From contig OZ243938.1 of the NCBI GenBank assembly GCA_965214095.1, positions 2,240,001 to 2,304,000 of the forward strand: a stretch of DNA of 64,000 nucleotides. The letters are read 5' to 3'. The position numbers and the translations under genes were made by a program. Source of the DNA: Candidatus Poribacteria bacterium (GTDB lineage: Bacteria; Poribacteria; WGA-4E; WGA-3G). The first letter of the stretch is position 1. Each line of letters starts with the position of its first letter. Shown piece after piece: positions 38,065 to 47,218 of the stretch. Below the pieces are notes generated by a model. That model did not search any database, was not told where the DNA came from, and saw only the letters and a list, made by a program, of their open reading frames with translations.

Positions 38065-39252
38065 TTATTGCAACGCCTTTTTAATGCGATCTAACCCACG
38101 ATGTATCTCTGTCAAAGAGGTAGCGAAGGAAAGACGCAAATTGTTGTCTGCCCCAAAACCATCACCAGGTACAACACCGACACCAGCAGAGCCAAGTAGA
38201 TAATCGGTTATGTCCATTGAACCTTCAATCTTGTTGCCCTCAAGTGTTCTGCCGTAGTGTGCAGAAAAGTCGGGGAAAATATAGAATGCACCCTGCGGTT
38301 TGACATAACTCACACCATCAATATCATCAAAACGTTGACAGATGACATCGCGGCGTTCTTCAAAAGCCTTACGCATTTCCTCAACGGCATCCTGTGGTTC
38401 TTTCAGTGCGGCAACTGCACCTTTTTGTGCAATTGAGGTCGGATTTGAAGTGCTATGGGATTGGATGCGGGACATCGCTGAAATCGCATCTTCGGGACCT
38501 GCAGTATAACCGATGCGCCATCCTGTCATGGAGTAGGCTTTCGATACACCGTTCACAACAAAGGTTATCGCTTTTGTTTCCTCATTAAATGAGGCGGGAC
38601 TCTGATGGGTCGCACCGTCGTATAGCAGTGCTTCATAAATTTCATCAGAAATGAGGTAGACCTGATTTTCAACAGCGAGTGCTGCAATCTGTTTAAGTGT
38701 ATCAATATCGTAGGTTGTGCCGGTGGGGTTGCTCGGACTGTTGATGAGTATCGCCTTGGTTTTTGGTGTTATCGCTGCTGCTACCTGTTCAGGTTGCATA
38801 CAGAAGTTCTGTTCTGCAGTTGTTTCAATGACTTTTGGCACAGCACCTGCTAATTTGATCTGCTGTGGATAACTCACCCAATACGGTGCTGCAAAGATTA
38901 CCTCGTCTCCCGGATCACATATCGCTTGCATGATGTTATAGAGGGTGTGCTTTGCACCGCATGAAACTATGACTTGGGATGTTGTATAACTCAATCCGTT
39001 ATCGTTCTGAAATTTCTCAACGATTGCTTCCCGTAGTTCGGGAATACCGGGGACAGGTGTGTATTTGGTAAAACCTGCATCAAGTGCCTCTATTGCGGCG
39101 GCTTTGATATAATCGGGTGTATCAAAATCGGGTTCACCTGCTCCGAATTTGACAACATCTACGCCATCGGCAATCATCGCGTTGATTTTCGCTGTGATGG
39201 CTAAGGTGGATGACGGTGTTACGTTTTGACTCCGTTGTGATAGTGAAATCAT
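38065..39252 (-). CDS. aspC: Aspartate aminotransferase (class I PLP)
   Basis: GEPDFDTP, NSPSNPTG, SDEIYE, SKAYSMTGWRIGY, P.GAFY.F, RLSFA. Confidence 0.88.
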   Translation of the reverse strand: MISLSQRSQNVTPSSTLAITAKINAMIADGVDVVKFGAGEPDFDTPDYIKAAAIEALDAGFTKYTPVPGIPELREAIVEKFQNDNGLSYTTSQVIVSCGAKHTLYNIMQAICDPGDEVIFAAPYWVSYPQQIKLAGAVPKVIETTAEQNFCMQPEQVAAAITPKTKAILINSPSNPTGTTYDIDTLKQIAALAVENQVYLISDEIYEALLYDGATHQSPASFNEETKAITFVVNGVSKAYSMTGWRIGYTAGPEDAISAMSRIQSHSTSNPTSIAQKGAVAALKEPQDAVEEMRKAFEERRDVICQRFDDIDGVSYVKPQGAFYIFPDFSAHYGRTLEGNKIEGSMDITDYLLGSAGVGVVPGDGFGADNNLRLSFATSLTEIHRGLDRIKKALQ

Positions 39253-39282
39253 TAATTCTCCTTATCTTTATATATCGTTCCC

Positions 39283-39500
39283 TTATGACGATAAGATTAG
39301 TCTAAATTCATCAATGTTTGAAACTTCAAGTGCCTGCTGGCATAGCTGCTTGAGTTGCTGTAGTTCTTCAATGCTCTCAAGGATAGGTTTTAGTGGCTGC
39401 ACTTCATCGGGTGAAAAATGGAATTCTAATATATTCATGAGTGATTCAAGAACGCCTTTTCTCTCACCTTGTTCAATACCTTATCTAATTGTCCACTCAA
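39283..39500 (-). pseudogene. C-terminal remnant of an Rpn/YhgA-like (DUF4351-type tail) gene
   Basis: Manual translation VEWTIR*GIEQGERKGVLESLMNILEFHFSPDEVQPLKPILESIEELQQLKQLCQQALEVSNIDEFRLILSS*; in-frame stop, no N-terminal domain. Confidence 0.55.
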
Positions 39501-39535
39501 CTGTGGTGTGTCATCAATTTCCTTATTTTCTTTTG

Positions 39536-40399
39536 TCATAACGTCTTCGCAAGTTGCTTTAACAAATCCTTCTGTTTTCGTGTCAAGGCTTTGGGAACTT
39601 CCACAACAAGTCGAACACGTAAATCCCCGTTGCGTCCAGTGGGGTCAACTATTCCTTGTCCACGGATACGTAACTGCTGCCCGGGTTGTGCTCCTGATGG
39701 TATTTTGAGATCCACATTACCTGATAGCGTTTGCACTCGGACTGTGCCACCTAAAGCTGCGGTTGTCATAGGCACTTTTACATCTGTTACTAAATCAAGA
39801 CCATCTCGCGATATTGTTGGATGAGGTTGAACGGATATTTTAACCATCAAGTCCCCTGATTGTCCCGCACCGATGGATTCTCCTTGTCCCCGCACCCGTA
39901 GTGTTTGACCGTCTTTAATGCCCGGTGGAATCTTAATAGTAATGTTTCTTCCTTGTATAGGAACCTCTTTCTTTGTTCCAAGCACAGAATCCTCAAAAGG
40001 AATAGTTAGGTTTATGCGATGGTCACGCCCGCGGTATGTACGAGTAGTTCTCCGTTGCGGTCCAAATACATCACCGAAAGCATCATCAAATCCACCGTAA
40101 CCCGACCGTCCAAGAATATCGTTTAAGTTTATGTGAGAAAAGACATCGTTCACATTGGTGAAGCCTTCAAACCCCATACCGTGCACGCCAGCATGACCAC
40201 GGGTATCATAGGCGCGTCGCTTTTCTGGATCAGATAGCACGGAATAAGCATTAGATGCCTCTTTAAATCTCTCTTCAGCAGCTTTGTCACCGGGGTTCTT
40301 ATCCGGATGGTATTTGACTGCCAATTTGTGATATGCTTTTTTGATTTCTTCTGAAGTAGCGTCTCGATTAACGCCAAGAATTTCGTAGTAGTCGTTCAT
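39536..40399 (-). CDS. DnaJ-class chaperone without zinc finger (CbpA/DnaJ2 type)
   Basis: [15 protein letters not shown]-domain, G/F region, C-terminal IPPG..DG..LRVRGQG; no CxxCxGxG. Confidence 0.9.
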   Translation of the reverse strand: MNDYYEILGVNRDATSEEIKKAYHKLAVKYHPDKNPGDKAAEERFKEASNAYSVLSDPEKRRAYDTRGHAGVHGMGFEGFTNVNDVFSHINLNDILGRSGYGGFDDAFGDVFGPQRRTTRTYRGRDHRINLTIPFEDSVLGTKKEVPIQGRNITIKIPPGIKDGQTLRVRGQGESIGAGQSGDLMVKISVQPHPTISRDGLDLVTDVKVPMTTAALGGTVRVQTLSGNVDLKIPSGAQPGQQLRIRGQGIVDPTGRNGDLRVRLVVEVPKALTRKQKDLLKQLAKTL

Positions 40400-40454
40400 A
40401 GGTTTTGTTACTATTCATTTAGTAGTTTATTTTCATTTATCACAAAATACAAAT

Positions 40455-41588
40455 TTATAATAATTCTATCATTTCATCAACAGAAGCGATTTTATGTCGT
40501 TCTTTCACGATTGTCTTACCAAAATCTAGTATAGCGGTTTCAACATGCAGTTTTCGTTGCAAATCTGAAATAACCTCAATGTCTTTGACATGTGCTGCCC
40601 CTATGATTCGTCTCAACATTTCCAATCCAGCAAATCCTACAGACTCCCGGAAGATCACTTGCAAGATGCGAGACTTTAGCGACAAGTCCATCTTAAACTC
40701 GTCAGTATATGTTTTCCATGTCTGAATTATTGCAGTAATTATTTCTGACTGAACTTTAGTATTGTCTGTATGAGAATAATAAGATAAGAGATAATTTGCC
40801 CAGAACAAACCAATGTCAAATCCGACAGGACCGTAGAAAGCAAATTCAGAGTCAATAACTTTGGCAGAATTACCTTTTACCATAATGCTACCCGTGTGAA
40901 GGTCTCCGTGTGTCAACCCACGCTGTACTCTTAGAAAAACGCTCTTTAATTCATCTACCTGTTCCAAGAATTGTTGGTCAGTTCTCAATCGGTCAACCAC
41001 TGTCTCTAAACCTTCCGTGTGGTAATTTGTTTCGTGATCAGTAAAAGGAAAAGTGAAAACGTAATCGGCAGTTATAGCCTGCATCACGGTGTTTGCAAAG
41101 TCTTTCTGGTACTTATTAATAATGACTTTATCAAGGTTATCGGTGTAGGTTTGGCTATGTACAATTCCCATAAACCTTCCGATTAGTACAGGGATTGTCT
41201 GACTGACGTTCCCCGCAATGAGATCCTCTCGCAGCAGCTTGTAACCTTTGAGATCCTCCATAGCAATTACTGCAGCCTCACTATCAAAATAGTATAGTGT
41301 TGGCACTGTCTCACTTGCAAATTGATTGTAAACTTGAAGTGAACGTAACTCATAAGTCAAACGTTCTGAAGACAATGGATAGTCAGGTCCCAATATTTTA
41401 ATATAAGGTGGTGCTTGCTTTAACACCAAAGACCTTTCCGAGTGTGTTGAATCGGATACTCGAAAGACAAAGTTGAGATTCCCATCTCCGATCTCTTCAG
41501 AATGCAAGTCTGCACCCGAATCAAAAAAAACTATTTCAACTTGTCGTTCACGAAGATATTGAGGGATGGTTTCTCTATTAAGTTCCAT
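40455..41588 (-). CDS. mtnK: S-methyl-5-thioribose kinase
   Basis: EIGDGNLNFVF, KQA.PY, HGDLHTGS, ID.EFAFYGP.GFD.G, GFAG.E..RRIIG.AHV.D. Confidence 0.92.
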   Translation of the reverse strand: MELNRETIPQYLRERQVEIVFFDSGADLHSEEIGDGNLNFVFRVSDSTHSERSLVLKQAPPYIKILGPDYPLSSERLTYELRSLQVYNQFASETVPTLYYFDSEAAVIAMEDLKGYKLLREDLIAGNVSQTIPVLIGRFMGIVHSQTYTDNLDKVIINKYQKDFANTVMQAITADYVFTFPFTDHETNYHTEGLETVVDRLRTDQQFLEQVDELKSVFLRVQRGLTHGDLHTGSIMVKGNSAKVIDSEFAFYGPVGFDIGLFWANYLLSYYSHTDNTKVQSEIITAIIQTWKTYTDEFKMDLSLKSRILQVIFRESVGFAGLEMLRRIIGAAHVKDIEVISDLQRKLHVETAILDFGKTIVKERHKIASVDEMIELL

Positions 41589-41622
41589 ATATCGGTAAGA
41601 ACAACCCGGAAGAAATCTTTAT

Positions 41623-42624
41623 CTACAACAAGAGTTCTTCTGCAATTTGGATTGCATTTAAAGCTGCACCCTTACGAAGATTATCGGCAACAACCCACAT
41701 ATTTAATCCGTTTGAAATGGATATGTCTTCACGAATACGTCCAACATATACATCATCTTTCCCAGCAGCTTCTATCGCCATGGGATACTTGTAGTTGTCC
41801 GGATCATCTATCAGCTGCACACCAGGAGCATCTGCAAGACATTTATGTGCTTCAGCAGGAGTAAGTTTTTCATGGGTCTCAAGGTTAATTGACTCTGAAT
41901 GTGCAAAGAAAACTGGCACACGTACAGTAGTTGCTGAAACACCGATAGTATCATCAGAAAGGATTTTATGGGTTTCATTGACCATCTTGAGTTCTTCTTC
42001 GTTATCACCGGTGTCAGTAAAGGGCCAATCAAAAGCGACATTAAATGCCATCTGATGCGGAAAACGATCAAGAGTGATAGGTTTGCCTTCTAACGCTTCG
42101 GTTGTTTGTAGAATCAATTCATTCACTGCCTGACCACTCTTACCGGAAACACTTTGATAAGTAGAAACAACAATTCGTTTGATTCCAACAGCATCATATA
42201 TCGGTTTGAGTGCGACCATCATCTGTATGGTTGAACAATTTGGATTAGCAATAAGTCCGTTATGTTTGTGTGCAGCATCCATATTGACTTCAGGCACAAC
42301 TAAAGGCGTGTTATCATCCATACGGAAAGCACTCGTATTATCAATAACCAATGCCCCTTTATCAACTGCTGTTGGCATGAATTCTCGACTGACTGATGCC
42401 CCCGCCGAAGAAAAGACAAGGTCAACATCATCAAACGAGTCGTGAGTCAATTCTTCTATGACGATGTGTGCCCCTTTAAAAGTTAAGATTTCACCTGCAG
42501 ATCTGTGAGATGCCAGCAGTTTCAGACTCCCAACAGGAAAAGCGCGTTCTTCTAAAAGCCCCAACATAGTGTTGCCAACTGCCCCTGTTGCCCCGACAAT
42601 CGCAACACGATAACTCTCATTCAT
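41623..42624 (-). CDS. asd: Aspartate-semialdehyde dehydrogenase
   Basis: VGATGAVG, IDNTSAFRM, ANPNCSTIQ, STYQSVSG, RVPV..AHS, DNLRKGAALNA. Confidence 0.96.
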   Translation of the reverse strand: MNESYRVAIVGATGAVGNTMLGLLEERAFPVGSLKLLASHRSAGEILTFKGAHIVIEELTHDSFDDVDLVFSSAGASVSREFMPTAVDKGALVIDNTSAFRMDDNTPLVVPEVNMDAAHKHNGLIANPNCSTIQMMVALKPIYDAVGIKRIVVSTYQSVSGKSGQAVNELILQTTEALEGKPITLDRFPHQMAFNVAFDWPFTDTGDNEEELKMVNETHKILSDDTIGVSATTVRVPVFFAHSESINLETHEKLTPAEAHKCLADAPGVQLIDDPDNYKYPMAIEAAGKDDVYVGRIREDISISNGLNMWVVADNLRKGAALNAIQIAEELLL

Positions 42625-42868
42625 CTTATTTTACCTCAAAGTCTATCTTTTCTAATTATATAATAATGTTACCACAAAGTTAAGACTTAAGCAAACCTGT
42701 TTTACAACACGCATTGGTGTGATATAAGCGAGTTTCGCTAAATATTGATAAATCATACAAAAATTAACATTAAAAACCCTATTTATGTAGATAAATACTA
42801 TATTGAAGCAACCTGAATAGTAACCAAATTTGCTAAACATCGTTATTAGTAGTAAGCAAATGGGATTC

Positions 42869-42897
42869 CTGCGTTATTTAGCGTGGAAAACTATAAT
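42869..42897 (+). promoter_or_regulatory. Putative promoter firing into the structured intergenic element
   Basis: CTGCGT-17 nt-TATAAT; good -10, weak -35. Confidence 0.4.
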
Positions 42898-42903
42898 GTT
42901 AAG

Positions 42904-43347
42904 TTGTTTTGAAGTGAATTAACTAACAATCCCACTGCTTTCGCTGTGGGTCTAACCACATAAACTCGTACGGGAGTATTTTAAGTCATTTGAGAAAAGC
43001 AAGGCTCTATAGTGTAAGTCGAACCGAAGTCCACACTACGCAGATAGTCAACTGGCACCGTATCTATGGGAAGTGTGCAGATAGTAAAACTTGGCGGATC
43101 CCCAGAGGGACAAGTTGCGGTAGACATCATCGCCCGAGACGCTATCTTATCAAAGAGATTTAAGATGCGACGTGCGAATCACTCTTTAACCTCGCGGTAG
43201 GGTATACCGAGAGACTAAACGCCTGTGGAGTCCAAGTTAGACCTCATGCAGTTCAGGAAGGAGGCACGAGAGATGGAAGCAGGAATCACGCTGGTTGTGT
43301 GTTAAAGAGGGAAACGACTTTAGTCGTCGTGAGTATCACACATCCAG
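42904..43347 (+). ncRNA. ORF-less structured RNA / IS200-IS605 derivative ending in a TnpB omega-RNA-like scaffold
   Basis: Series of hairpins 42931-43169, then CTCGCGGTA..TACCGAGAG, ACGCCTGTGGAG, GAAGCAGGAA, ACGAC-TTTA-GTCGT hairpin and GAGTATCAC, as at IS605 right ends; no tnpB ORF. Confidence 0.6.
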
Positions 43348-43354
43348 TTGTACC

Positions 43355-43383
43355 TTGACAATGTTGGGGAAATATAGTATCCT
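43355..43383 (+). promoter_or_regulatory. Sigma-70 promoter for hup
   Basis: TTGACA-17 nt-TATCCT. Confidence 0.65.
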
Positions 43384-43571
43384 ATAGATAGAAACTATTT
43401 TATTTCAAGAAGAACTTAAGACATTCTATATAATTTTGTTGCAAGTTGGGTAGTTTCTATCAAATTTAACTTTTCAGTCAGATGCAATGTAATCATCTTA
43501 TGTAAATTCAAAACTTATATGTGATTATTGTTTGACTGTATATATATTCTTTATCAAAAGGAAGTTGAATC

Positions 43572-43856
43572 ATGGCTAAGAAATTGATGAAAGACGACAT
43601 CATCAACAGTGTCGCTGACAAAGCAGAACTTACCAAGAAAGATGCCGCCGCTGCTGTTGAAGCGTTTACAGCAACTGTTCAAGACGCTTTGGAGAAAGGC
43701 AATTCAATTGGACTCATTGGTTTTGGTACGTTTGAAGTCAGAACCCGTGCTGCTAGAGAAGGTCGCAATCCGCAAACCGGTGCACCTCTCAAAATACCTA
43801 AGAAAAAGGTTCCGGCATTCAAAGCTGGTAAGAAACTTAAAGACGCTGTCTCCTAA
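43572..43856 (+). CDS. hup: DNA-binding protein HU
   Basis: [22 protein letters not shown]...VP.FK.GK.LKDAV. Confidence 0.96.
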   Translation: MAKKLMKDDIINSVADKAELTKKDAAAAVEAFTATVQDALEKGNSIGLIGFGTFEVRTRAAREGRNPQTGAPLKIPKKKVPAFKAGKKLKDAVS

Positions 43857-43884
43857 ATGAAGTCGTTTGACTTATTTTTGAAAG

Positions 43885-43923
43885 GTCGTGGAATATCATT
43901 TATTTCCACGACTTTTCTTTTTT
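43885..43923 (+). terminator. Rho-independent terminator after hup
   Basis: GTCGTGGAA / TTCCACGAC stem followed by T-rich tract. Confidence 0.8.
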
Positions 43924-44175
43924 AACGATCCATCCTATCAAATAAATTACAATCAAGACTTCGCAATGACAGTAGGTGTGCTTTGTAACGGCGCATACCA
44001 TTTGTGTGTAAGTGCTGATTGATTTACCAATATTCTCCAGAAAATTGATTGAAAATACTCGGATACTATGCTATCATGATAAGCGATATACAACTCCAAA
44101 TTAAATGTCTGTTTATTCAAGAATATATTGGAGTTGTCAGAGCAATGGAAAAGAGTATATTTCAGGAGAACTGTG

Positions 44176-45228
44176 ATGTTAATCAGAGCAAGAGCACCTG
44201 TCCGTATTGATTTTTCAGGTGGTTGGAGTGATGTTGCCCTTTTCACTGAGGAAACTAAAGGACTTGTTGTCAACGGAGCAATCAATAGATACGCTTATGC
44301 AACTCTTGTATGTGGTAGTCAAACAACTTTCGCCGAATCTGTTGAACTTCAACGTATTCTAGGGAAAAAGATTCGTATCTATTCCGCAGATTTTGATACA
44401 TTCGTTGGAGCTGAAGATGTACGGCAACTTGAATATGATGGTAATATTGATCTCGTGAAAGCAGCTGTTCGTCAGATGTCAATCCAAATTGGGAGTTTTG
44501 ATCTGATTACACAGTCCAACGCTCCACCGGGAAGTGGACTTGGAACTTCGGCAGCGATGGGAGTAGCTCTTATAGGAGTACTCGGTGCGATTAAAGATGT
44601 GACATATCTCCCATACCAGTATGCTGAACTTGCCAGCAGAATTGAACGACATGAATTGGATATCCTTGGTGGTAAACAGGACCATTATGCTAGTGCTATC
44701 GGCGGAATAAGTTTTATGGAATTTCAAGGGGAAGAAGTAAAGACATCTCCATTAAAACTACCTGCACATATTCGATATGAACTTGAAAAAAACCTTGTGC
44801 TATGTTACACCGGACAATCACGTCTCTCAGGGAATATACATCAGAACGTTACACAAGCATATAAAAGTGGTGAAGTGGGTGTTAGGAAAGCATTAGAAAA
44901 TCTAAAAACTATTGCAGAATCCACAAAAGCAGCTCTTATACGTGGACGTTTTGCAGATTTCGGTGAACTCTTAACAGAAAATTGGACAAATCAGAAAAAA
45001 CTGCATACCTCTGTAACAAACGAACAGATTGATAAACTCTTTAAAATTGCAAAAAAACACGGTGCAATTGGCGGTAAAGCGTGTGGTGCTGGCGGTGGTG
45101 GCTGTCTACTATTCTACTGTCAACCGACACGTGAGCATAACGTCCGACAGAAACTTGAAGAGGCAGGCACAAGAATTATTGATTTCAACTTTGATGCCGA
45201 CGGTCTCCAACTGTGGCGAGTTGAATAA
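44176..45228 (+). CDS. GHMP family sugar kinase (HddA / heptose-7-phosphate kinase-like)
   Basis: RAPVRIDF.GGW.D, PPGSGLGTS, GGKQD.Y, GGK.CGAGGGG; start after AGGAG. Confidence 0.85.
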   Translation: MLIRARAPVRIDFSGGWSDVALFTEETKGLVVNGAINRYAYATLVCGSQTTFAESVELQRILGKKIRIYSADFDTFVGAEDVRQLEYDGNIDLVKAAVRQMSIQIGSFDLITQSNAPPGSGLGTSAAMGVALIGVLGAIKDVTYLPYQYAELASRIERHELDILGGKQDHYASAIGGISFMEFQGEEVKTSPLKLPAHIRYELEKNLVLCYTGQSRLSGNIHQNVTQAYKSGEVGVRKALENLKTIAESTKAALIRGRFADFGELLTENWTNQKKLHTSVTNEQIDKLFKIAKKHGAIGGKACGAGGGGCLLFYCQPTREHNVRQKLEEAGTRIIDFNFDADGLQLWRVE

Positions 45229-45343
45229 GTGAACTGAAATAGCAGACATCGCAACCCGCAGATTATTCAGCACAACATGTGCCTCTATTACAATATTGTA
45301 AGCAATCTGATTGATCCTGTATACTACTATGGAAGGAATATTA

Positions 45344-46357
45344 ATGGAAACTACCCAAATAGAAACAGATTTAGAAGCCGCCGAGTTCTTAAAAACTGCT
45401 CGTGGAAACATATTGACTGAACTGAAAAAACGGATTATCGGACAAAGCGATGTGATTGATCAACTGCTTATCGCTCTATTTTCACAAGGACACTGTCTCC
45501 TTGTAGGTGTGCCGGGTTTGGCGAAAACGCTGCTTATCAGCACATTTGCTAAAATACTAAAACTTCCCTTTAACCGCATCCAATTTACACCGGACCTTAT
45601 GCCAACAGATATCATTGGCACAGATATAATTGAGGAAGAAATAAATACCGGGAAACGTGCATTCCGGTTTATCAAGGGACCTGTTTTTGCAAATATTGTG
45701 CTTGCAGATGAGATTAACCGAACTCCACCAAAAACACAGGCAGCCCTCTTACAAGCGATGCAAGAGTATAAGGTGACTGCGGGAGGTAATACTTATGATT
45801 TGGAACTTCCTTTCTTTGTGTTAGCCACACAAAATCCTATAGAACAGGAAGGCACATATCCATTGCCTGAAGCACAACTTGACCGCTTTATGTTCAATAT
45901 CTACATTGATTATCCAAAGAAATCTGAGGAAAAAGAAATTGTTCTAACAACTACCTCCGCGTATGAACCGGAGATAGGGGCGGTAATTTCGGGTGAGGAA
46001 GTGCTTAGATTACAACAGATTGTACGGAAGGTTCCTATTGCTGAGGCGATGGTAGATTATGCCGTTGAACTTAGCCTAAATACGCGTCCATCACATCCAG
46101 ATGCACCTGATTTTATCAAGGATTGGGTCAATTGGGGCGCGGGACCACGTGCATCGCAATATCTTGTCTTAGGTGCAAAAGCACGGGCTATTATGCACGG
46201 ACGCTATCATGTCAGTTATGAAGATATCAAAGCAGTCGCAAAACCTGTCTTACGCCACAGAATATTGACAAATTTCAATGCTGAAGCAGACGGTATTACC
46301 AGTCTTGATATTATTGAAAAGTTGTTAGAAGAGGTCCAACCACAAGAAGATAATTGA
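45344..46357 (+). CDS. MoxR family AAA+ ATPase
   Basis: GH.LL.GVPGLAKT, RIQFTPDLMP.D, LADEINRTPPKTQAALL, ATQNPIEQEGTYPLPEAQLDRF. Confidence 0.93.
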   Translation: METTQIETDLEAAEFLKTARGNILTELKKRIIGQSDVIDQLLIALFSQGHCLLVGVPGLAKTLLISTFAKILKLPFNRIQFTPDLMPTDIIGTDIIEEEINTGKRAFRFIKGPVFANIVLADEINRTPPKTQAALLQAMQEYKVTAGGNTYDLELPFFVLATQNPIEQEGTYPLPEAQLDRFMFNIYIDYPKKSEEKEIVLTTTSAYEPEIGAVISGEEVLRLQQIVRKVPIAEAMVDYAVELSLNTRPSHPDAPDFIKDWVNWGAGPRASQYLVLGAKARAIMHGRYHVSYEDIKAVAKPVLRHRILTNFNAEADGITSLDIIEKLLEEVQPQEDN

Positions 46358-46466
46358 GTTATTACCTCCCATACATATACCTTCTATCATTGTAGCGCGG
46401 GTCTGTGTGTCCCATACTGCAAAGTGTTAGATGTGATTTTAACTATAAGAGGCGTAATCCACGAAG

Positions 46467-46703
46467 ATGAACAAAAAAGATACCCACACTCCTCAAAGCC
46501 TAAGTCTTATGAAAATGGACAAGTCTGCATTTTCGGTTACAACGCTTTCTGATAAAACTAACGACAAGGAATACTGGTTGTCGAAAACGCCTCAGGAACG
46601 TTGGCAGGCACTTGAAATTATGCGACAGATAAATTATGGCTACGATCCAACTACCGTCAGACTTCAAAGAGTTCTTGAAATTGTTGAACGCACATCAGAT
46701 TGA
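46467..46703 (+). CDS. Small hypothetical protein, partner of the downstream nucleotidyltransferase
   Basis: D.EYWLS.TP.ER..A.E.MR pattern; overlaps next gene; start may be 46509. Confidence 0.65.
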   Translation: MNKKDTHTPQSLSLMKMDKSAFSVTTLSDKTNDKEYWLSKTPQERWQALEIMRQINYGYDPTTVRLQRVLEIVERTSD

Positions 46704-47082
46704 ATACCTTCTCGTTGGAGGATACGCTGTTAGCTTTCACGGATATCCACGTACAACATTGGATATGGATATATGGATAGCGATACAGCGTGAAAATGCC
46801 GTGAAAATGGTTGATGCCTTGAGAGAATTTGGTTTTGAGAGTGCTCAATTAACTGTCGATCTCTTTTTAAAGCGAGATCAAATTATACGAATGGGAAATC
46901 CTCCAGTCAGAATAGAAATAATGACTACGATTTCTGGTGTCAACTTTGATGAATGTTATTCGGAACGGATTACAGAAGTGATTGATGGAGTTAAGGTTGA
47001 AATTATAAACTTGGAGCATTTGAAATTAAACAAACAAGCGGCTGGACGATATAAAGATTTGGATGATTTAGAAAATCTATGA
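46636..47082 (+). CDS. Small nucleotidyltransferase-fold protein (DUF6036-like)
   Basis: YLLVGGYAV..HGYPR.T.D.DIW, L..NK.A.GR.KD..D.E.L. Confidence 0.8.
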   Translation: MATIQLPSDFKEFLKLLNAHQIEYLLVGGYAVSFHGYPRTTLDMDIWIAIQRENAVKMVDALREFGFESAQLTVDLFLKRDQIIRMGNPPVRIEIMTTISGVNFDECYSERITEVIDGVKVEIINLEHLKLNKQAAGRYKDLDDLENL

Positions 47083-47108
47083 GTTATTATTTTTGACATA
47101 ATTTTTGT

Positions 47109-47135
47109 CTATCAAAGTTGACGCAACTTTGATAG
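47109..47135. terminator. Hairpin between convergent genes, probable bidirectional terminator
   Basis: CTATCAAAGTTG-ACG-CAACTTTGATAG 12-bp stem. Confidence 0.6.
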
Positions 47136-47218
47136 GGACAAATAGGAATAAAACATTGGAAGATAGAGAAGTTATCGTGAATCTATGGTATGTGATTGAT
47201 GAAGAAGGATAAATTTAT

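Noticed and set aside
43048-43059. 12-nt match TCAACTGGCACC between the structured region and the 3' end of tnpB (minus strand)
   Set aside because: Too short to distinguish from chance; surrounding sequence does not align
42960-43190. Decayed tnpB reading frame, group I intron, tmRNA or RNase P RNA as explanation of the structured region
   Set aside because: Only tiny peptide resemblances (SKT, CGRHHR); no convincing P7 R/S pair or terminal TCAG, no tRNA-like ends, no GAGGAAAGUCC. Cannot be formally excluded without covariance models
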